Assembly (NCBI GenBank): GCA_951406725.2 | Contig: OX597824.1 | Location: 72,912,001-72,976,000, forward strand | Source of the DNA: Octopus vulgaris | Lineage: Eukaryota | DNA length: 64,000 nt | Direction: 5' to 3' | Part shown: piece by piece, positions 55,986 to 64,000 of the stretch | How positions within the stretch are numbered: the first letter of the stretch is position 1 | Layout of the letters: the number at the start of each line of letters is the position of its first letter | Made by a program: the position numbers and the translations under genes | The notes under the pieces: model-generated | What the model saw: only the letters and a program-made list of their open reading frames with translations | What the model was told of the DNA's origin: nothing | Database searches by the model: none

Positions 55986-56842
55986 AGAGAAGAAGAAGAA
56001 AAGAAGATAAAGTAGAAAAGAAGAAGATGAAGAAGGTGAAGAAGAGAAAAGAAAAAAAAAAGAAGATAAAGAAGAAGAAAAGAATGTGAAGAAGAAAAGA
56101 ATGTGAAGAAGAAAAGAAGAAGGTGAAGAAGAAAAGAAGAAGACGAAGATGAAGAAAAGAAGATAAAGAAGAAGAAAAGAAGATAAAGAAGAAGAAAAGA
56201 AGAAGAAAAGAATGAGAAGAAGAAAAGAAGAAGGTGAAGAAGAAAAGAAGAAGACGAAGAAGAAAAAAGAAGATAAAGAAGAAGAAAAGAAGATAAAGAA
56301 GAAGAAAAGAATGTGAAGAAGAAAAGAAGAAGGTGAAGAAGAAGGTGAAAGAAGAAGAAGAAGAAGAAGAAGAAGAAGAAGAAGAAGAAGAAGAAGAAGA
56401 AAAGAAGAAGATAAAGAAGAAAAGTAGATGATGAAGAAGAAGTAGAAAAAGAAGAAGATAAAGAAGAAGAAAAGAAGATAAAGAAGAAGAAAAGAATGTG
56501 AAGAAGAAAAGAAGAAGGTGAAGAAGAAAAGAAGACGAAGAAGAAGAAAAGAAGATAAAGAAGAAGAAAAGAATGTGAAGAAGAAAAGAAGAAGACGAAG
56601 AAGAAGAAAAGAAGATAAAGAAGAAGAAAAGAATGTGAAGAAGAAAAGAAGAAGACGAAGAAGAAAAGAAGATAAAGAAGAAGAAAAGAATGTGAAGAAG
56701 AAAAGAAGAAGACGAAGAAGAAGAAAAGAAGATAAAGAAGAAGAAGAAGAAGAAGAAGAAGAAGAAGAAGAAGAAGAAGAAGAAGAAGAAGAAGATAAAG
56801 AAGAAGGGGAAGGAGAAAAAGAAGAAGGGGAAGAAGAAGACG
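55985..56842 (+). repeat. About 850-bp purine-rich GAA-derived satellite with a higher-order unit of about 57-60 bp
   Basis: Recurrent GAAGAAGACGAAGAAGAAGAAAAGAAGATAAAGAAGAAGAAAAGAATGT units. Confidence 0.9.
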
Positions 56843-56864
56843 AAATCGATGCAGCTTCCCTTAC

Positions 56865-56897
56865 CGGTTGAAGCTTCTTTCACTCCGGCTTTCACGT
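56865..56897 (-). CDS. Candidate upstream 33-nt exon of the minus-strand gene (DVKAGVKEAST), phase 1/1
   Basis: TTTCCTAAAATTAG| acceptor and CCG|GTAAGG donor. The phase matches the 36961 exon, but this would imply an intron of about 20 kb. Confidence 0.3.
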
Positions 56898-57049
56898 CTA
56901 ATTTTAGGAAAGGCATGAATGTCATAACACCTCTTGAACCCTTAATGTATTTGGCCCTAAGTGATGATCCCACCCCAGATACATTATTTCAACTTTACAT
57001 TCACAGTGTGTACTTTCAATTACATTTTCCCCTTACCCATTCGGTTGCT

Positions 57050-57339
57050 GTGGAGGTGCATGGCTTAGTGGTTAGGGTGTTGGACTCATGATCGTAAGAT
57101 TGTAGTTTCGATTCCTGAACCAGGCAATGCATTCTGTTCTTGAGCAAAACACTTCATTTCACGTTCCTCCAGTCCACTCAGCTGACAAAAATGAGTAATC
57201 ATTGCGACGGACCGGCGTCCCATCCAGGTTGGGAATATATACGGGGTCGATAAAATAAGTACCAGTTGAACACTGGGGTCGATGTAATCGACTCATCCCC
57301 TTCCTCCAAAATTGCTGCCCTTGTGAAAAAATTTGAAAC

Positions 57340-57340
<1 letters not shown>
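57050..57340 (+). mobile_element. SINE family B head and core fused to a SINE family D 3' half
   Basis: Family B sequence to about 57240, then GGGGTCGATAAAATAAGTACCAG... and an (ATT)n tail. Confidence 0.75.
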
Positions 57341-57412
<72 letters not shown>

Positions 57413-57424
57413 AATAATATTAAT

Positions 57425-57841
57425 ATTGAGTGAGAGAGTAGTGCATGCCATCAAAGTAACACTGGGGTAAAATATACGAAGCCCAGTATACCCATCATGA
57501 CTACCCGTCTGATAAGGATACACCAGGCACATGCATCATAACCATATGTGCGCGACATGGTGATCCCATTTCAAGATAAACAGCGCATGACCTTACTGTA
57601 AGGATGGGATGGGCTACTCGACCAGTTAGAATATTCTTCTGGTCGAGTAGCCCATCCCAATCAAAAGGTCCCCGAATAAGGGTTGTTTAAGGATGTTGAA
57701 CGAAACACCCGTATTTCCAAAGGTGAATTATTCAAACCCCAAAGAATTCCTCTCAACACATGGCTATGATGCTCCCCCACTACTTCTGCTCATAATCAGA
57801 GATGCACATATCGTCAGTCACTAAAGGACATGCATCAGGGC

Positions 57842-57878
<37 letters not shown>

Positions 57879-58108
57879 GAGTGAGCGAGCAGAGCATGCC
57901 ATCAAAGTGACACTGGGGTAAAATATACGAAGCCCAGTATACCCATCATGACTACCCGTCTGATAAAGGTACACCAGGCACATGCATCACAACCATATGT
58001 GCGCGACATGGTGATCTCATATCAAGATAAACAGCACGTGACCTTGCAGGTGGAGCCCAGTTAGAATTTTCTTCAGATCGAGTAACCCATTCCGCTCAAA
58101 AGGTCCCT
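57425..58108 (-). mobile_element. Two family E retroposon 3' fragments in (ATT)n
   Basis: Reverse complements of parts of 14659-15135. Confidence 0.7.
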
Positions 58109-58131
58109 TATCATCATCATTATTATTATGA

Positions 58132-58560
58132 AGGGGAAGAGCCGGCAGAATCCTAAGTGCTGTCGGATAAAATTCTTAGAATTTTTTTCTGACTCTTTAC
58201 TTCTGAGTTCAAATCCAACCGAGGTCAGTTTTGTCACTCATACTTTCGGGGTATAGTAAATACGCAGCTGTTGAGCACTGGAATTGATGTAATCGACTTA
58301 TCCCTAACCCTAAAATTGCTGGTCTTCTGCCATAATTTGAAAGAATTATCAAGGGCGACGAGTTGGCAGAATTGTTAGCACGCCGGACAAAATGCTTAGC
58401 GACAATTCGTCCGTCTTTAGTACAAATTCCACCGAGGTTGACTTTGCTTTTCACTTTTTCAGAGTCGATAAATTAAGTACCATTTACGCACTGGGGTCGA
58501 TGAAATCGATTATCCCACTTACCCAGAATTTTAGGCCTTGTGCCTATAAAAGAAAGGTTT
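58132..58560 (+). mobile_element. Two older SINE family D copies
   Basis: Heads GGGGAAGAGCCGGCAGAATC and GGCGACGAGTTGGCAGAATTG. Confidence 0.75.
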
Positions 58561-58649
58561 ATTCTTATTAATGGATTTTGAGACATTTTCAATCGAAAGA
58601 AAAAGGAGCTTTTTTTACCTCATGATTGGAAAGTGCCAACCATAACTCT

Positions 58650-59048
58650 CTCGTTTACTTGTTTCAGTCATGTGACTGTGGCCATGCTGGAGCACCGCCT
58701 TTAGTCGAGCAAATCGACCCCGGGACTTATTCTTTGTAAGCCTAGTACTTATTCTATCGTTTTTTTTGCCGAACCGCTAAGTTACGGGGACGTAAACACA
58801 CCAGCATCGGTTGTCAAGCGATGTTGGGGGTACAAACACAGACAGACAAACATATACACACACATACATATATCCATACATATATATACATATATACGAC
58901 GGGCTTCTTTCAGTTTCCGTCTACCAAATTCACTCACAAGGCATTGGTCGGCCCGAGGCTATAGTAGAAGACACTTGCCCAAGGTACCACGCAGTGGGAC
59001 TGAACCCGTAACCATGTGGTTGGTAAGCAAGCTACTAACCACACAGCT
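58650..59048 (-). mobile_element. SINE family C
   Basis: Homologous to the other copies. Confidence 0.85.
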
Positions 59049-59049
59049 A

Positions 59050-60188
59050 ATCATAACTTTATTCAGTACATTGTTCATGAGAAACCAACCAGTAATATAG
59101 TGCTCCCACTAGTTACTGTTGAAACTATATATCTCCTGCAAACCCTCTGGTCAGTCTCCTTGTTTAAGTTGGTGAATGCTGCCATAATCATTGCCTTCAG
59201 TTTATCTTTGGTGTTACAGGGAGTTTTGTTGGTCTCTCGCTCAACTGCGCCCCACACATAATAATGAAGTGGGTTACAGTCTGGGCAGTTAGGAGGCCAG
59301 ATGTTTGGGGTGGTCTAGTCGCGGAAATTGTCTGGCAGCCATGACTGGGGTCTCCTGCTTGTATGTCATGGTACAGAGTGTCCTGTTGCTAGACATAGGA
59401 TCTTCCAGCACTCACCCGCTTCACCCAGGGCAGCACTACCTCCTCCAGGCACTTGATGTAGGCCTTCGCGTTGAGTCTGAGACTGTGTGGGAAGATGAGT
59501 GGAGGCATAACGTCGCCATCACTATGACGACTCCAAACACCATGATGCTGACTGGATGTTTGATTTTTATCACTCTCGGTACATACTTTGGGGACATGGT
59601 AAGCCAACGGTTGTTCTGTGTGTTCACCTTCTGATCCTGCAGAAATGTTTCTCGTCTGAGAAAAACCAAAGCATGTTCGGTTGGAGGGGATGCTTGAGTT
59701 TGTTCAAAACCTTCGTAGCGCGGTCTTTCCATTTGTCCTAGATGGCTTGGAATAAAAATTGGCCATTTCTCATCTTCTATGAGGAATACCGAATGTCTTC
59801 ATGCACTACCTGCCTGATAAGAAACTCAGACTTTCCCATGTCCCTGGCGATGGACCTGATTGACGATCAGAGTGAGTTTTCCGAGTTGCCGTACCTTCAT
59901 AATCACCATTAGACTCTTCGAACTCTTTTCGAATCTTCTGCACTATCCTCAGATTGACACCCAAACACTCTGAAATGTTCGTATTGGAGCTTCAGGCGCA
60001 AATGCCAAGCAGTACAGCATGTCATTTCTAAATTTCTGGCTGAGTGAATTGCGTCATGGTGCTGTTTTTCTCACAGACGGTGCCTAACTGACCCTACTAT
60101 ACTATGTAGTCGACAAAATCAAAAACAAACAATGCGCATGCGCGAAATCAAAAATATGAAATAATGACAATTTACCCATCGCATCCTG
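59050..60188 (-). mobile_element. Degenerate Tc1/mariner-superfamily transposon, probably of the DD37D (maT) type
   Basis: Remnants DQKVNTQNNRWL, KHPVSIMVFGVV, SDGDVMPPLIFP and PPNCPDCNPLHYYVWGAVER. The 5' end reads CAGGATGCGATGGGTAAATTGTC. The other TIR was not found. Confidence 0.8.
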
Positions 60189-60250
60189 AATATGTGTGTG
60201 TGTGTATGTATGTATGTATGTATGTATGTATGTATGTATGTATGTATGTT

Positions 60251-60309
<59 letters not shown>

Positions 60310-60329
60310 GGAGAGAAAGATAGATAGAT

Positions 60330-60371
<42 letters not shown>

Positions 60372-61049
60372 ATAGAAAGATAGAACGTCTAGGTGATAGT
60401 ACTTAACATTGCAGACCAAGACACAAATTCGAACTGTGGACCTTCCAATTACCAGTTTCGGCTCTATCAATGATTTGGTTATCGGCAACACACTTGCTTA
60501 CATAAAATGGTGTCAGAGATATCCATCAATGGGTGAACATCGCTACTAGCTTTATAGATCGTGTTGTGCTCGTAGTAGGATGAGGTGGAAAATTAAAGTT
60601 TGTGACGATCATAATTAAATGAAGCAGATACAACCAGACATCGAAACCGGATCTCAGAGTTGACTCGCTGGCTTAGAGATCGAAACTGGACCTCTGATTC
60701 GACCACAGTAATAAAAGAACCCTTTTGCAATTAAACTTCAACGTAGTCAATTAATCTTCTAAAAATAACAGCTAAAATCTCCTCTGAATCACACTCAGCC
60801 TTCTTTTAAATGACGGGCACATAAGATAAAGAAATCCTTACTCTAGATGCAATAAGTTTGAATAAACGATTGAATAGACACGGTCGGAACGTCTTTGACA
60901 ATATGGTTGTATATTCAGTGCTAGCCTAGGGCTAAACAACAGCAAGAACAACAAGACCAATGACCACAAAGAGAACGATAACGAGAACAACAGTATGAAT
61001 ACCTGTCAGAAATAACAGACAAACTCCCTTAAATAGCATCCTTTTTTTT

Positions 61050-61402
61050 CGCCCTTTTCAAGTCTAGCCAGGCTCATGGGCCTGGTTTCCCGGTTTCTAT
61101 GGCGTATGTGTCTCCCCCAGCTGGACGGGACGCTAGTCCATCGCAGCGAAATAAATGTTCCTTCTCAAGCCATGCCAGGCTCATAAGGGCCGGTTTCCCG
61201 GTTTCAGTGGCGTAGAAATCCCCACCTGGACGGGAGACCGGTCCGTCGCAGGATTACTCATTTTTGCCAGCTGAGTGGACTGGAGCAACGTGAAAATGAA
61301 GTGTTTTGCTCAAGAACACAACGCATCGCCCGGTCCAGAAATCGAAACCACAACCTTACGATCATGAGTTCAACACCCTAACCACTAAGCCACGTGCCTC
61401 CA
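61050..61402 (-). mobile_element. SINE family B with duplicated tail
   Basis: Homologous to 47803-48060, with two successive tail variants. A further decayed copy lies at about 61500-61660. Confidence 0.8.
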
Positions 61403-62932
61403 CAAATAGCATCCTACTATCATAGGAAGGAAAGACGCATTCGATAATGTGGTTCTGTGTGCTGTTGAGCTCGAGGAAAACAAACAGGTTAAAGAAGTTA
61501 CCTTCTCGAGTCGTACCGACTCAGAAGGGCCGGTTGCCCGGTTTCCATGGCGTAATATTTCCTACCTGGACGGGACACAAGTCCGTCGCAGGGTTACTCA
61601 TTTTTTTACCAGTTGAGTGAACTAGAAAACAACATGAAATGAACACAACGCGTCGAGCTGTCCAGAAACTTGTATCAAGGATCGAAATCTGTGACAACAT
61701 ATTTGTATCGCTCCTAGTATATATTCTTATCGTCCTCATAGCGTCGAGGGCTGGGTAGAATTTGAAACTTTAGAACTGCAATGCACTTTTTCGACGCACC
61801 GCTGATATTATAAGAATTTGTTGTTGTTATTGATAATGGTTATTGAGTTCCAAGATACCCCTGGTCAAACAGATCGATGATCAAAAACATTACAGGTGTG
61901 ACCGCTCGTCTTCCCTCTTCCCTTGTGCGCAGGGAATGAACCTCGGACCGTATTATCCCACTTGTCCCTTTTCTAAGATGGTGGGTGGTGGATGGTGGGG
62001 AATTGTGATTAAAAAAAATATTTAGCTGCTATTCGTCGCAAGTCGAGTGACCATGTAGAGGTACCCTCTGGTGATGGGTTGGCAGAATCGGTAGAACGAT
62101 GAACGAAATGCATTACGAGGTTTTAGGTTCAAACCCCACCGAGGTCGCCCTTAATTTTTTATCTTTCATTGATCAATGTATTAAGTACCAGTCATGTACT
62201 GGTGTCGATATTTAATCGATCACACACGCACATACACATACAGCTCTTAAAATCTATGGCATCGTGATTATGTTACGCATCAATAATATTTTTGTTGCAA
62301 TGATTATTGTTTAGCCCAAGGTTAGCTTGAGATCAAACAGTCTCATGAAAAAAGAAGTTCCAGCCGAGACCATCCCGCACTACTCTTCAATATAGTGTGT
62401 CTAGAACTACGCGATCCAATGCCTCATCCCTTCACCAAGACAGTAGAACATGATCTGAGGGGTACTTGGATGCTATTTTTAATAGATTGAATGATCCCGT
62501 CGAAGCAGAGGCTCTCTCACTGACCCAATATTGCTGTTGTTAACCCAAGGTCACCTCTGTTTGGGGAGCTCTATTATCAAATTAATTCTGGGCAGGACCT
62601 CTATTTAAGCCTACATTATTCTATCTATCTTTATATTAAGACAGTGAGGCGTGATTTGGGCGAGGGATTTGGTTACTATTTCTAGCATTTTGAGCGACGA
62701 CGTAGGATGAAATAGTACAGGAGGGGAATACATGACTATTTAATATGTGTAATTTGATCCTAGATATAAAGAATTTTATGGTGGATGAAGCGAGTTTATT
62801 GATCCAAATCAATCAACACAAATTTAAAGAGCAACCATTGACCTCAGCAGAACATTGAACTGGAATGGATATAAAATTGAACTGTGTGACTGTCCGTCTG
62901 TCCATCCGTCCGCCCGTCCGTCCGTCCGTCTG

Positions 62933-63020
<88 letters not shown>

Positions 63021-63354
63021 CTTGCGTGTCAGTCTGTCTGTTTGTCTATGTATGCAAGCATGCTCGTATGAATGTGTGTACGTACGTGTATTTGAATACA
63101 TGTCTGTTTAAAGCCACACACCCTCATATATATGCGTACATACATGTATTTACATGCAATAAATACGTACGCGCACACACACACATACATATACCTACAT
63201 ATATGCATATAGAAATATATATATACATATATGCACACATACACATGCATACGTCTTTACACTATTATGCATCTTAATAATAAAGATATTGTTGACGATG
63301 CTACTGTATGCAAGGAAACACATATATATAAATACATGCAATACATAGAATGTT

Positions 63355-63481
63355 TGCTTCTAAACCACATGGTTCCTGATTCGTTTCCACTGCGTGGCAC
63401 CTTGGGCAAGTGTCTTCTACTGTAGCCTTGGGCCGACCAAAACCTTGTGAGTGCAACTGATAGACGGAAACTGCAAGAAGT

Positions 63482-63560
<79 letters not shown>

Positions 63561-63790
63561 AATCTATGTATATGTGTATGTGTGTGTCTCTGTGTTTGTT
63601 GCCCGCCACTGCGTGAAAATGGTGTTGGCGTGTTCACGACCCCCGCAACTTAGCGGTTCGGCAAAAGGGAACTGATAGAATAAGTACTAGGCTTAAAATA
63701 ATAAGTATTGCGATCGATCTATTCGATAATAATATTAAAATATATAAATGTAAAGAAAAAAACCCCCCAAAAAACTTCAAGGCAGTGCCC
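63355..63790 (+). mobile_element. Old SINE family C
   Basis: Head, internal microsatellite and 3' half are recognisable. Confidence 0.7.
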
Positions 63791-63815
63791 CAAAAGATAT
63801 ATTTGAATGCATGCA

Positions 63816-63855
<40 letters not shown>

Positions 63856-63918
63856 CACACATATATATATATATACATATACATATATATACACATATAC
63901 ACACACACACACATACAC

Positions 63919-63951
<33 letters not shown>

Positions 63952-64000
63952 CACACATACATACACGCGCATACATACATATGCACATATATACACATGC

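Noticed and set aside
60430-60620. Possible RTE endonuclease remnant (NDLVIGNT...)
   Set aside because: It is too degenerate to call confidently without a profile search.

Overview
This is AT-rich, microsatellite-dense animal genomic DNA. The repeat families (tRNA-derived SINEs, RTE/CR1 LINE remnants, Penelope-like elements, Tc1/mariner, Helitron-type elements) look like those of octopod cephalopods; this is recognition from the sequence, not a database result. Almost all ORFs in the supplied track are microsatellite artefacts. Manual splice-site reading recovers one real multi-exon gene on the minus strand. It has seven phase-compatible GT-AG exons from 36961 to 13341 (about 585 aa, mostly low-complexity, no family recognised) and possible further upstream exons. 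The most notable signals are these. (1) At least a dozen minimal type-I hammerhead ribozyme motifs from several Penelope-type terminal-repeat families, including recurrent catalytic-core variants, several in the sense orientation inside the gene's introns. (2) A TA-flanked 448-bp palindromic element whose two arms each carry an outward-facing tRNA-like Pol III unit. (3) A stop-free, phase-0/0, 813-nt exon bracketed by inverted SINE copies, a circRNA-prone layout. (4) Tandem SINE arrays inserted as single units, and Helitron-type elements sharing only their 3' ends. Coordinates of degenerate repeats are approximate.
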